The notes below the pieces were generated by a model. The model was not told the origin of the DNA and did not search any database. It was given only the letters and a program-made list of their open reading frames with translations. Source: Emiliania huxleyi CCMP1516 (Eukaryota). From it: a DNA stretch of 64,000 nucleotides. This document shows positions 24,931-36,991 of the stretch, piece by piece (position 1 is the stretch's first letter; each line of letters begins with the position of its first letter). The stretch covers positions 202,986-266,985 of the forward strand of contig NW_005201287.1 of NCBI RefSeq assembly GCF_000372725.1, in the 5' to 3' direction. The translations under genes and the position numbers were made by a program.

Positions 24931-25996
24931 GTGATCTACGTACACTTGGTTTTCACAACACGAATACAAAAATCTCTTGTTTGGGCTCTGAGCTGGAGAG
25001 AAACTCTGGGGGGAGGCGGGGGCCCCCGGAGGCACCGTGCGCCGCGCCGCAGTGCGGAAACGGGGCTCCGGCGCTCAGAGTCGCTCAGAGTACCGACTTC
25101 CCGAATGATTACGGTTAAGTAGAGGGCAGATTTGGAAAGATCTCGAGGAGTGCATACAGATAGACCCTCCAACCATCAGAAAACTCCGACCTGATCGGTC
25201 GTACTGACCGCCGACAGATCACTCCAGACAGCAGACAGGCCGACGTCTGCACGCGGCCGGCCGGGCGAGAGGCTTGACACGATCCGACCCTGCGACCCTG
25301 ACGCTGCTGCTCTAGCTATCAGACATGCGCTGCTGACTGCTGCCACAATGTGCGACCGGTGCTGACCCACTTGGCGGCCTTCCCGGTCAGTGGTGAGGCG
25401 CAGTTCAGAGCTGTCGATGGCGCGATGCCGCACTGGTCCCACATTGGTGACACGAGACCACCACGTTTGCCGGTCCAAGAGAGAGGCACCGGCGCTGTCG
25501 TGAGAAGGTGCATGGTCCCTCTTGACTGCCCATGCGCGCGAGGCTGTGTAGGCATAGCCTCGAGAGTGCCAGCAGCCAATCCGAGGCAGTTTGTGACGCG
25601 CAATGCGTCAGAAGCGTGCACGCAGCTGGAAGGACACCTTCCTACTGGCCGTACGATCAGGTCGTCACTGAATGCTGGATACTAAGGCCGCGAGCTATGC
25701 AGGTGGTCAATTGTATTGTGCAGCAGGGCACGGTCAGCAGCGCCGACAGGCTGTCGCAAGGCGTGATAGCATGGTCGCAATAGCCAATACGCGAAACTCT
25801 CATGACCGCAATAGCCAATACGCGAAACTCTCATGAAGCAGAAAATCGCGCAAAAAAGAAAAAATCACGAAAAAATCGGCGCCTGCGGCGGGCCATGGGA
25901 CCCCATCTCCTCCCCCCCGCATGGCCATGGGTACCCCCTAGGGGCCCCGCCTCCCCCCAGAGGAGAGAAACTCTCTCTGAGAGTTCTTTGGTACGT
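24931..25996. mobile_element. Non-autonomous element, copy 2 (homologous to 10014-10792)
   Basis: Shared internal sequence; subterminal inverted repeat ctctggggggaggcgggg(g)cccc at ~25005 and ~25941. Confidence 0.7.
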
Positions 25997-26087
25997 TTGC
26001 CGACATTTTTGCCCCCCATTTTTGGCCATATTTTGCCTCAGTGCACCGTGGACAAATGGTGCCGCTCAGAGCTCAGTCACTGGATTC

Positions 26088-28548
26088 TCAGATGTGTCTC
26101 CTGTATGAATCGTCCCAGCGCCGTGCAGCTGCGGACGGAGGCTCGGCACGGCCGAGAGGTGGCGATCCGTCATGACTGTCTACCCTGGGCCTGGCCAACT
26201 CCCCACCTCGACTGCCCGCCGGCGCGGCCCGGCGCCTGCGCGGCTGTGCCGTCGCGGCGCTCCCGCCACGCGAGGAGGAGAGCGAGCACCTGCGGCCGGT
26301 TGTGGGCCCGCGCCTCGTCGAGCGGCGTCGCGCCGCACGAGTCGCGCGCCTGACTCCGGAGAGGGGGGGGGGGGGGGCTTGTGAGGCGACGTGACCCGAC
26401 ACCAGGGTAGCCCTCGAGAGAGAGACCAACTCAGCCGCCTCGACTGCCGCGCCGCGCTGCAGCAGCCGCAACGCGACGTCCTCCATGCCTGCTCACACTG
26501 CGAGCCGTGAAGCTCGCCTCTCCCCACCCGCCTCCTCCACGGCCACGCCCGAGTCCGCGCCGTGCGCCGCAGCGAGGTGCAGCAGAGTGGTGCGCTGCCT
26601 ACATCGCAGCCAACGGGCGCGTCGCGCGTGTAGCGGCGGAGGCGGCGGTGGCGGCGCTCGGGGCGGTGCTGCGCCAGCGCGGGTGGAAACGCGGGACGAG
26701 GCGGTTGAGAGCGGTCGGGGACATCCAGCGCAGGATCTCGTGCCTGCCGGGGGAGGGGGAGGGGGAAAGGGGGGAGGGGGGGGGGGGGGTTGGCTGGCGG
26801 GTGAGCGAGGTGGTAGTTGGGCGAGGGAGGCGAGGGGGCGAGGGCGAGGGCGACGACGGGGCACGTGCCAGCGACGATGTGTCGGCTATATGCTGGCTGC
26901 ATGCCGGCTACGTCTCGGCTGTATCTCGGCTGTATCTCTGCTGTATCTCGGCACGCGCCGGCGGCTCGCGGCTCGCATGCGCGCGCAAGTGGCGGCGATC
27001 GAGGAGAGGGACGCGGCGGCGGCCTCGGCAGCCTCCTTGGCGGCGGCGGGGTCGGCGGGGCGCGGCAGCTGCCCTCCCACGCCCTGCTCGGAGCCGCCGC
27101 CGCCGCCGGCGGCGGCGGCGGCGGCGGCGGGATCGTGGGAGGTGGAAGCGGCCGCTGCAAGCGTGGCGGCGGTTGATGAGGCGCAGCCACCTATGCAGGG
27201 GGGAGGGGGGTGAAGAGGGGTTGCGGTTCGCGGACCCAGCGCGGTGGCGCAGGAGGGCGTTGCCGTGCGAGGAGGAAGAGGACGAGCAGGGCGAGCAGGA
27301 GGAGCAGGAGCAGGAGGAGGAGGAGGAGGGGAGGCAGCGCGAGGGGCGTGGCGAGTCCGGCGCCAGAGAAGCGAGAATCATGTCGAGCGCCTCCTGTCGG
27401 ACATGCCCGGGACGCGTCAGGGACGTGTCATCGAACGAGAGGGGGAGATCAGGCCGAGGTCTCCTCGGGAAGTCTGTCGATGCCGCAAGCACTCTCCGCC
27501 TCCGCCTCCGCCTCTGCCTCTGCCACCCTCGCCTCCGCCGCAGCCGCCGCCTCCGCGCCGCTCCCGCACGCCTTGGGCTCAAGAGAGCAAACGGCAACGT
27601 TGGTGGCAGCGCCGCCGGCAACGGAGACGCCGCCGCCGCCGGCGGCGGCGGCGGCGGCGGAGGCGGCAGCGGAGGCGGCAGCGGCGGCGGCAGCGGCGGC
27701 GGCGGCGGCGGAGGCGCGTGCGTCCGAAGCGGCGTGGCTCAGTCGCGGCGGCGAGGCGTGCGTGTCGCCGCGAGATCCGCAGTCGCGCCTCTTCCCGGAC
27801 AGGGAGCGGTCCCGCTCGTCGAGGAGCGCGAGGGCCTAGGGAGGGGTCTAGGACGGGTCTAGGAGGGGCCCAGGAAGGGCCCCGCTCAGCCGCAGCGCGG
27901 GGGCCGCGGCGCGGTTATTGTGCAGCAGCGCCGCCGCGAGCGGGCAACGCCCCTCTCCATCCCTCAAGTGCGGCGGCGCGCCTACAATGTCCAGGAGAGG
28001 TCCAGCACGGCTCTAGGAGGGGTGCTCTCATGTCGCGCAGGTGCGGCGGCGCCCTCGCGCAGCAGCAGCTGCACCACCGACGCATCGGCGTTGGCAGTCG
28101 CGCGGTGCAGCACCGTGGCACCGCCTCTCTCGCGCGTCATCTTGGCGCCGCGGCGCAGCAGCCGGTCGACCACGCTGGCGGAGCGGTACCGCGACGCGAG
28201 CAGCAGCGCCGTCGACCCGTCCGCCGCCGCCGCCGCGTTGACGTCGCAGCGAGGGCTCGCGAGGAGCAGCGTGAGCAGCTGGCCGCTGATGCAGCCGCGC
28301 ATGAGCGCGGTGAAGCCGGCGCTGTCAGGTGCATTGACGGGCGCCCACCCCTCGCGAAGCGCCGCTTGCACTGCCGAGTGCGCACCGCGCCGCACCGCCG
28401 CATGCCACCGTTCGAGCCGCTGCAGCTCCTCTTGCGGCGTCTGCGGCACGCGGATGGGTGCACTCGAGTGGCGGACGATGGCGAGGTCGCCGTCCTCTCC
28501 GGAGGAGCGTGATCTTCGCGCCAGCGTGATGGCCTCCGAGTGACGCAT
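26088..28548 (-). CDS. Multi-exon ankyrin-repeat protein (3' end uncertain)
   Basis: VNAPDSAGFTALMRG, DGSTALLLAS, GATVLHRA, spliced GAPPHLRDGEGRCPLAAA, later TTLLHLAAAHG; intron at 27982-28052. Confidence 0.72.
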
Positions 28549-29057
28549 GTGCTGTCGGGGTGGGTCGATGCTGGGACGAAAGTGACTTTTGACGCCCCAA
28601 TGTTTTCTTTTTATAAAGGATTTGTTAGAAAGAACCGAACGACACTGGGCACGGGACTGGCGCGCACTGGCACTAACACAGGTACACAGAGAAATTTAGT
28701 TGAATAGGAAGGTGAAGAACAGCCAGGCTCGGACTGGACACCAACGCGGTATGGGTGGACGCTAGACAGACGATGACGACACGCATGAGCGACACACAGA
28801 CACAAACAGGCTCACAAGACACACAGTAAATTTCTCGTAAATTTTACCTTAGGGCGCGGCAACCGGCAGCTTAGCCCAGCCGGAGGCCCCGGAGATTAAG
28901 AAACCAGGACGGGGTGAGGTAGTGGAGGGGTTCTCTTTATTCGTGAGGTGTGTGCAATCGTTCAAAGTGGAGATCGTTCAAAGTTCAATATGTAACGAAC
29001 GCAATATCGAAACGAACTCCCGCAGGGGTTGCCCCAACGTCCCGCGCCGGGGCAAGC

Positions 29058-29741
29058 ATGCGCGAGGGCACTCTGGGACGCAAGCACGAGATGCGCCCCG
29101 CGGGAGCTGCGCGCCGCGAGTCCAGCGGTAGCGTCGGCGAACTTTTGCAGGCTTTACCCGCCTCGACCTTTGGCCCATCCCACGCTGCCTACACCTCGTG
29201 GAAGCGGCACGGCCACCCCACCTCGGAAGAGGCGCCCTCGACACACGTCTTTGGCACCGCGACGCGGGCCGACGGCCTCAGCACGAAAGATCTTCTATAC
29301 TGCTCCAGCGAGGGTTCGCCGCCGCCGCCGCCGCAGCGGCTGCCTCAGACGACCGACGTCAACATCCTGACCTGGAGCAACGCGCCGCAGGAGCCACCGC
29401 GCCGCAGGCCCGACCTTGACGAGGCGGCGGCAGAGCAGGAATCACTCCGCCAGGCAGCCGCAGCTAGATCTCCCGCGCCCACCGCCCGGCGCGCCGACAG
29501 GACGGAGCCAGACCTGGACGAGCTCGCAAGGAAGTACAATGACCGCAAGCGCGGCTCGCCAGTCTCGGTCTCAAGCTGCCTGGTGCACATGCCAATTAGC
29601 GCCGAACGACCGCCCAAGAGCCCGCCGCCGCTCGTATCTATGCACTCAATCGGGCTTGCCTCGGCGCCGCACGCGGGGGTCGACGCGTACCACCCCCGAA
29701 GCCAGAGTTTCTCCTCCACTTTTGTGGACCCATATGACTGA
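29058..29741 (+). CDS. Hypothetical protein, 227 aa
   Basis: Uninterrupted ORF with protein-like composition; no recognised domain. Confidence 0.5.
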   Translation: MREGTLGRKHEMRPAGAARRESSGSVGELLQALPASTFGPSHAAYTSWKRHGHPTSEEAPSTHVFGTATRADGLSTKDLLYCSSEGSPPPPPQRLPQTTDVNILTWSNAPQEPPRRRPDLDEAAAEQESLRQAAAARSPAPTARRADRTEPDLDELARKYNDRKRGSPVSVSSCLVHMPISAERPPKSPPPLVSMHSIGLASAPHAGVDAYHPRSQSFSSTFVDPYD

Positions 29742-30364
29742 CAGGCTGAGGCATCTCGGGCCGGCCCGGGCAGCATCTGTGTTGAATTGGCGAGTAGTGG
29801 CTGTACACCAATCGGGCATATGGACAGCAGGCACCTGAACGGTTGCCACGCTCCATGGGGCAGGCGGGAATCCCGGGCCTCAAACGCACCATCAGGAGGG
29901 AAAGGAGGGTCGTGGCGGTGGTGAGGGCCGAGGCTGGTGGCGAGGCTGGTGGCGGCCAGGCTGGTGGCGGCCAGGCTGGTGGCGGCCAGGTGGGTGATGG
30001 CGGCGAGGTTGGTTGGGTTGTTGGGTTGGGTGGCGAAGCGGCGAGGCTCCAGCCGGCGGCGGCGCTCGCCAAGATAAATAAAAATGAAAACGGACGTCGG
30101 AGCTCGGACCACACACGCGAGACTCGCGCTCAGTCAGGCGTTGCCCCTCTTCTCCTCGCCTCTGCGGACTGCGCGGTCGACCCTCGCCTTGTGCTTGGTA
30201 GCTGAGTAGGAGTCCGTTCTCCTTATAACGTGAACGACTCAAACACGAGCGCGTCAGGTCCAGGCGCGCGAGTCTTTGGGGAAGTGCTGCCCCGCTCTCG
30301 GTCTCGCAACACATGCTGAGATCCAGCTGCCCCACCGCCCCGCGGTCCATCCCACCCCACCCCG

Positions 30365-31193
30365 TCACGCCCCCCTGCCCCGCCCGCCGCCGCGCCCTCC
30401 GCCGCGCCCTCCGCCGCGCCCTCCGCCTCGCCCTCCGCGCCCTCGCCCTCCCTCCTGCTGCCTCCCCTCCGAGACGTTGATGGCGCGGCCCTGCAGCATG
30501 TGACCGTTGAGCGCCTCCACCGCCGCCGCCCCCTCCTCCGCGATCTCCATGTTGACGAAGGCGAAGCCGCGCGAGCGCCCGTCCTGCGGAGACAAGTCTG
30601 GGGACGGGTCATAGAGAGGTCGCTGCTCGCACGCTGCGACGGGGGAGGCTGCTCCCTCGGGCGTGGGCCGCAGCGGCACGCGCGGGGGTCGTCGGCAGGA
30701 AGGTTCTGAGAAGTCTACCCCGCGCCTCATCCGTCATCACGTTGACGTGCACCACGTTGCCGTACTCTCCGAAGAGGTCGGCGAGCTCCTCCTCGACGAC
30801 GCCGAAGGGCAGGTTGCCCACGTACGCGCGGAACGCCGCGCGCGCCTCCGCCGGCTTCCCCGCCGCCATCCGGTCCTTCATCTCTTGCGGGTACTCGACC
30901 AGCTCCATGTCCTCGGGCAGCCGCGCGAGCCGTGCGACCGACTGAAACCACTCGTGGTCGCAGTTGGAGCAGCGGACCCGCTTGCCCGCGCCGGGGCCCA
31001 GCGCGTCCTCCTCGACACTGTACGACGCCTTGCAGTTGGAGCATGTGATGACGCACGGCCGCTCACCGACCGCCGCTGCGCCCTGCATGGCGGGCGAGCC
31101 GGCCGTGCGCGGAGCGAGGCCGGCGGCGCGGAGCGGCGCCGCGGCCCGCGGCGAGAGACTGAGCGACAGCAGGGCGGCGAGCGAGACCAGCAT
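30365..31193 (-). CDS. Zinc-ribbon (CxxC..CxxC, MJ0042-like) + RRM + RGG-tail protein, probably plastid-targeted; intron at 30584-30725
   Basis: ITCSNCKASY...RVRCSNCDHEWF; RNP2 AYVGNL; RNP1 RGFAFVNM; GGRG repeats; N-terminal signal and transit-like peptide. Confidence 0.88.
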
Positions 31194-31471
31194 CTGGAGG
31201 GGGGCTTTCCGGTTTGGCGCAACCGCGAGCCAAACGTGGGGGGGGGGGCCGCGGCGAGGAGCGCCCAAGCGGCAGCTGCTGAACGAGCTCAAGGTGTGGT
31301 TTCTTTTGGCTCGTTTTCTCAGACCTACCCTACCTACCCCCGGCATCAGGTCCGCCAAAGCAAAAAAAAGAATACGGGTGAGCTCGGATTTTTCGCCGCC
31401 TCATTCAGCCGCGCGCTTGTTGGTCCTAGCCACATCCCCCCGCCGGCAGTGCTCCTCCTGTGCCTTCCAGA

Positions 31472-33510
31472 ATGGAGACGCAGCAACTCGCCACCACGCC
31501 CGCACGGCGCAGGCATCCGCGGCTGGCGCTGCTCGGCGCGGTGGTGGCCGCTGTGGGCCTCCTCCTCGTCGTTGGCAGCGCTGGTGGCCGCCAATTGCTC
31601 TTTGAGGAGGCGGGCGAGGAGTACGGTCTGCTCGACTTTATGGGCGAGACACGCGTGCGCAGCTTCATGGGCGGACATCGCGTCCCGCTCTCCGAGGCGA
31701 CGCCGGCCTCGGACCTCATCGAGCTGCCGAAGGGCTGCCACTTGCGCACTGGCCTGATGACCACGGCGCTCAACATCTTCATCGACGACTTTCTAAGAGG
31801 GGGGCCGTGGCCGCGGCCGGCGGGGAGGCCGTCGCGCAAGCGGCTCGTCTCCCAGCTAGGCACCTCCCTCCTCCTCCACAACAAGACCTTCACCGGCAGC
31901 ACCGCCTCGCCTCGTCTCTGCGGCGCTGGCTGCCGCCTCCACCTCGCAGTGCTGTATCTGTGAGCAGGCATCGACATCGGCCACGTCGAGATCGGGACAT
32001 GCTGGATCCCGGGCCCCGAGGGCAACCGCCTCCTCCCCGACTTCCTCGCCGTCCACGTCACCGGCGTCCAACTCGCCTCTCCGCCTCGGCTGCTCCCTCG
32101 ACCCGCCCGGAACCTTCTCGGAGCCTTCCTGCAGGCATCAAGCTGGCCCTCCGCCTCAACTACACGCTCGAGCAGGCGCACCCGTGGGGCTCGGTCCAGC
32201 TCGGCGGCGGGACCATCGACACCACAGTGCAAGGCGACACACCAGCACCGCACCGCCCCTGAACCAAACCACTGCCGGCCCAACTCCTTCGCCTCTTCCC
32301 CGCACCTCTCCCCCGCACCTCTCCCCCGCACCTCTACCCCGCACCTCTCTCGCACCTCTATCCGTGCCCCTTCCGCACCTTTCCGCAGCAGCCGAGATCC
32401 CCCCGAGATTTCCCGAGACTAGGCGCCACCCTGATCAGCTACCGCGAGATCTCTCAGATCACACACCGAGATGACTCGAGATTGCCTAGGCGCCATCCTG
32501 ATCAACTACCTCGATCTGCACGACTTCAACAACACGATCAAGCACTGCGGAGGGCTGATGGGCACCTCCGAGCTGAAGGCACAGACGCAGCCGAGATGCA
32601 GACGAGATGCAGCCGAGATGCAGAGCAATGCGGCCGAGATGTCGTTGAGATACGCCGAGAGAGAGCCCCCCCCCCTTTCTGCCCCGCAGGTGCACGGGCT
32701 TCTCAACCTCGAGAAGGAGACGATGGAGGCGCCTCCCGCCCCTCCTCCCCCCCCCCCGTCTTATGGAGGTGTAATCCATCTCCCCTCACCCTCCCCTCAC
32801 CCTCCCCTCACTCTCCCCTCACCCTCCCCTCACCCTCCCCAGGCCGACGACCTCTCCGCCGACCAGACCTTCGTGCAGGAGCAGTGCAACGGGCCGAGCT
32901 ACTGGGACTACGGCCTCGGACCACGCCCGGACGGGCTGGTCGACGCCATCAACCACGAGGTGCGACGCTCCTTTTGGAAGGACTACGTGGCCCCGCCGCC
33001 CTCGCCTCCGCCGCCGTACTTGTGCGACTGCGAGTGGACGCTGGAGTCCGCCAAGCGTAGATGCGGAACACGAGAGGCAGCCGAGAGATACAGCCGAGAT
33101 ACAGCCGAGATGCAGCCGAGATGCAGCCGAGGTGCAGCCGAGATGCAGAACACCGGCCTGCCGCGTATTGCGAGTAGCCCTCGAGAGGCGAGGCGAGCTC
33201 GACGTCTGTTTAGCTGCCGCTGCGCTCGCTGCCCCCCTCGCACCCGCACCCGGACGCTCTCTCCTCTCGACGCAGGTTCGCCTGCCCGCACTCTGAGCCG
33301 CTGCAAACGGCAAAGACGTTCGCGGAGGACGACGGCTCGGCCTGCTTCGTGCACTGCTGCGTCGACCAGCACTACCGCGAGGTGTACGCGAGGCAGCCCG
33401 CGGCGGCGTCGTACGGCTCCTATTATGCAGGGGAGGAGGAGGGCGAGGAGGAGGCGGAGCAGGACGGCGAGGAGGAGGTCCAGGCTTCACGAGGGTGGTT
33501 TACCTTCTGA
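31472..33510 (+). CDS. Multi-exon type II membrane protein; possible BPI/TULIP-like beta region and Cys-rich, acidic C-terminus
   Basis: N-terminal TM LALLGAVVAAVGLLLVV; about 6 short introns splice in frame to ...EEEVQASRGWFTF*. The fold call is tentative. Confidence 0.65.
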
Positions 33511-34491
33511 GGCGCGCACCGGTGCCCGATGTGGGTGGGGGCGCGTGGTGCGGGGAGGGCTCCGGGTACAATGCATGCGAGGGGGGCGGTGGCGCAGCAG
33601 GGCTGCGTCTGTAATGAACTCTCGCTGCGTGTGCAGATGGGGCCCTGCGCTTGGAATCCTCTCTTGTTATCCTATCCCGTGATGTGCCATGCGTGTCCGT
33701 CTTTCCTTTTCAAACCATTATTGTACACGCGCTGGGGAGACGCCCCCACGCTGCAAAACCATACACCTTTGGGCCTTGCTCCCATTGCACGCTTCGTTTT
33801 ATAATTAAAACGGCACTTGGAATGCCGTGGGGCTCTTGTGTCTTGACACATGACACTCGGCTCTCCTCGGCACTCGGTTACTTCCCCCAGGATTGGTCTT
33901 CTCTGGACTCTGCCTGCGGGAACACCCTCGGGCGGCCGGGTGGGGCTGCGGCTGGAGCTAGCATGGCTCGGTAGAGCCGAGACCCCGTGTTGAGGCGGCG
34001 CTCCTTTGGGCGGCTGTTGAATCACAGCAGATTCGACCTCATCTCTCCGTACTCGGCGGCGCTCCAGAGAGGCGCCTGCTCGGGCCGAGCGTTTTTGATC
34101 CCTCGGTCTGTGGGCGCCCGCCCGCCGCCTCTGAGGGGGTCGGGCCCCCTAGTCTGAAAACAAAAACAAGCTCGAAAACAGCCAAAATCAGCGCCTGCGA
34201 GAGAGGCACTGCGCGCCGCTGACCTCATGTGGGGATGTGTGCCGACACCAATACTGATCTAAAACCTGGAGACCCTTGTTCAAAGCCGACCCTAAGCGCC
34301 ATCCTTCCTGCTCTCACCTGATGCTGCCTCCCCGCGCCGCCTCCTTGGCCCCCTTGGGCGTATTTCTACTCCCAGTGGGGGGCCTGGGGCCCCGCCCCCC
34401 CCCTTGTTTTCTGTGTTCTGTTTTTCAAAACGCCCGCCCGCCCGCCACCCCGAGGCGGCTCGGCCCCCCACAGACCGAGAGATAAAAAACG

Positions 34492-34569
34492 CTCGGCCTC
34501 GTCGATGAAGGCGACGAGCTGCTCTGGCGAGAGGCCAGACAGGCGGGCGCCGATGCGGTGGGAGGCCAT
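34492..34569 (-). pseudogene. Fragment of the kelch-gene N-terminus (MASHRIGARLSGLSPEQL)
   Basis: Homologous to 19770-19845. Confidence 0.75.
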
Positions 34570-35571
34570 CGGGGTGTGTGGGGGGGAGGCCCCGGGGGGG
34601 CGGCTGCTGGGCCAAACGCGTTTCTTTTTCAGGCTCTTCTGTTGAAGTCACTTTCGGGGCAATTCCCAAGGGGGCTGGCTTCACCGGCGGCTTGGGGCAA
34701 ACGTAGATTTCCTGCCCAGCGTAAGGATATTTCTTTCATTTATTTCGTCTTTATTTCGTGCCCCACCACGGCAAATTTGCGAGAAATTTCTTCGCCCTCA
34801 AGTTTCGCCCCTTTCCGTTTCGGAAGATACTGATGCCAGACAGAGGCCAGACAGACGGAGGGAAAAAAGAAATCCAATTTACCGTTTTTTTCCGCTGCGC
34901 GTTTCAGTGTCATTCATAAACGGGCGAGTAGCGGGAAGACCGTCGATACTCCGGCGGAAGAGTGCTCCCCCGCCGCCCCCTGGGTCACCCCGAGTGACCT
35001 CGCAGCCCACGCCGTGAGGCGCTGCTGTCAGGGGAATGTTGGGGGCGCGCAAAGCCGCTCGGAAGAGACGGCCAGGAGCCAAGGAGCGGCCGGAGCGCGG
35101 CGAAAGACCGAGGGGAAGTGGCCGCCGCATACAGCCTCCGGCGGGCCTCCGGCGGACGCCTGCGGCGTGGCGCTGCGCGCGACCGGCCCCTTCTCGGTGC
35201 GCTGCAGGACGCCCTCGCTCAAACGCGCACCTGCCGGGTCGGGGCAGTCACGGGACCGGCTGAAATTGCGGCCGCAGCTGCTTGGGGGGGTGAGGATGGC
35301 CGGGCTTGAACGGCTTCTCGCGAGGTACCCGCATCCCGACGCAGCAGCGATTTCGCACCCTCTAACTTTTCGCGGCCTTCGCCGGCGCTGGCGCTGGGTA
35401 GGGACGAGAGTCCAAAATTCTTTTTTTCGCCCTCCGCCCGCGCCGAGCAATCGAGCTCCTCTGCGGAGCCGCTGCGCAAAAATGGGCTCAGGCTCTACAG
35501 TCTGTCAGCAGCCTACCAGCCTACCAAGCCCAATCGACGTCCTCCTACGTGGATCGTGGTCGGAGTGCGCG

Positions 35572-35706
35572 AGGCGCGCTTCTTCAGCGTCCCCTTCCAG
35601 CCGCGGCGCCACGCGGCACGTCCCCTTGACGGCGTGCTCTTGGTCGGCAGCTGGGCGAGGATGTGCGAAGCGAGGTCCGGCGAGAGGACTTCGGAGAGCA
35701 CCCACC
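35572..35706 (-). pseudogene. Frameshifted fragment of the F-box-like segment of the kelch gene
   Basis: WVLSEVLSPDLASHILAQLPT / EHAVKGTCR / WRRGWKGTLKKR is homologous to 19913-20050. Confidence 0.8.
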
Positions 35707-35809
35707 AGTTTAGACCACTGCTAAACACGACCAGATTATTAGTCCTGTTTACGATAAACTGGGTCTAAACCTGGTATGTGTAATGCCCCCCCCCCCCCCC
35801 GCGCAGCGC

Positions 35810-36186
35810 ACCGCCGGCACCACCGACCCCAGCAAGCTGACTGCAGAGCTTTTGCGCGAGGAGCTGAAGCTGCGGCGCGAGCGGCGAGACGATCGACGTG
35901 CCGCTGCGCTCGAGCTAGCCCGTGCTACTCGCCGCCCTGGTGCGTGCCCGCGCCGCGGCTCCCGACGTGCCGCGACCCGCCGCCGCCCCCCCAGCAGCCG
36001 CGGCGGGTGGCGGTGGCGAGGCTCTCATCGCACCTACGGATGGCGTGGAGAAGCTGGTCGGGCAGCGCGTCGAAGCCGTGGTGGGAGGACGAGGATGGGA
36101 GCACGGACTGGTTCGCCGCCACCATCGTCGCCCATTGGCCGACCAATAGCGAGCACGACCGGCTGCTGATGCACTTCGACGATTAG
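35810..36186 (+). pseudogene. Frameshifted fragment with a SAP-like helix and a Tudor-like domain
   Basis: PSKLTAELLREELKLR; LVGQRVE / WWEDEDGSTDWFAATIV...LLMHFDD*. Confidence 0.4.
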
Positions 36187-36991
36187 ACCCCCATAGTGCC
36201 GGTTACGGCTTAGTGGACGGACCCTCCGCCGCGGAGCCTCCTCCGGGCACCCGACACTCTCTTCCCCTGCACTTACATAGGCTCGTCGACAACTCGTGGG
36301 TACGGCTTCTCGACACAGCAACCTCCAACCAATGATCTCTGTAGACAAATTAGACTCTCTCTACGTAGAACAGCATGGTGTACATAGGGGTGCAGGTACG
36401 ACCCGCCGTCGCTGCTCCGCCCCTCCGTCGCGCGCGCCGCGCGCGCGCTGCCGCCGCCGCCGCCGCCGCCGCCGCCGCCCCCTCCTCGCCGTCTTTCCCT
36501 CCACCTGCGCGCGCGCACGCGGCAGCATCCCAACCCCTACCCTCGTAGCCCGCCGCCCCCCCGCCCCCGCCCCCGCCCCCGCCCCCGCCCCCGCCCCCGC
36601 TCCCAAGCGCCCCTTCCCCGCTTCCCCGGTGCGGTTAGGGCCTGTGTCTCGTGAGAGGGTACATGTACCCGGCCCTTGCCCATGCCGCCTGCCGCCCGCC
36701 GCGTACCATTTCTAGCTCGGATTGTATCCGGATACCTTGAGTTATGCCGGGACGAGAGCGCCCCCGCGCCTGCCCCGTCGCAGCGAGTCAAGTCAAGTCA
36801 AGCCAATACGAATGAACGAAAATCACAAAAATCATTTCTGCGCCACAGGCGTCAACGCTACTCACATTCCACATCGTCCACGTCTCACGACGAGTTCAGC
36901 TCTGTACACTACATGTACATGTGTATACCATGCACATTCACGTACGCGCCGCCGGTCTGTCATGGCCACGGTTCCAATTTCCATTCTCCAT

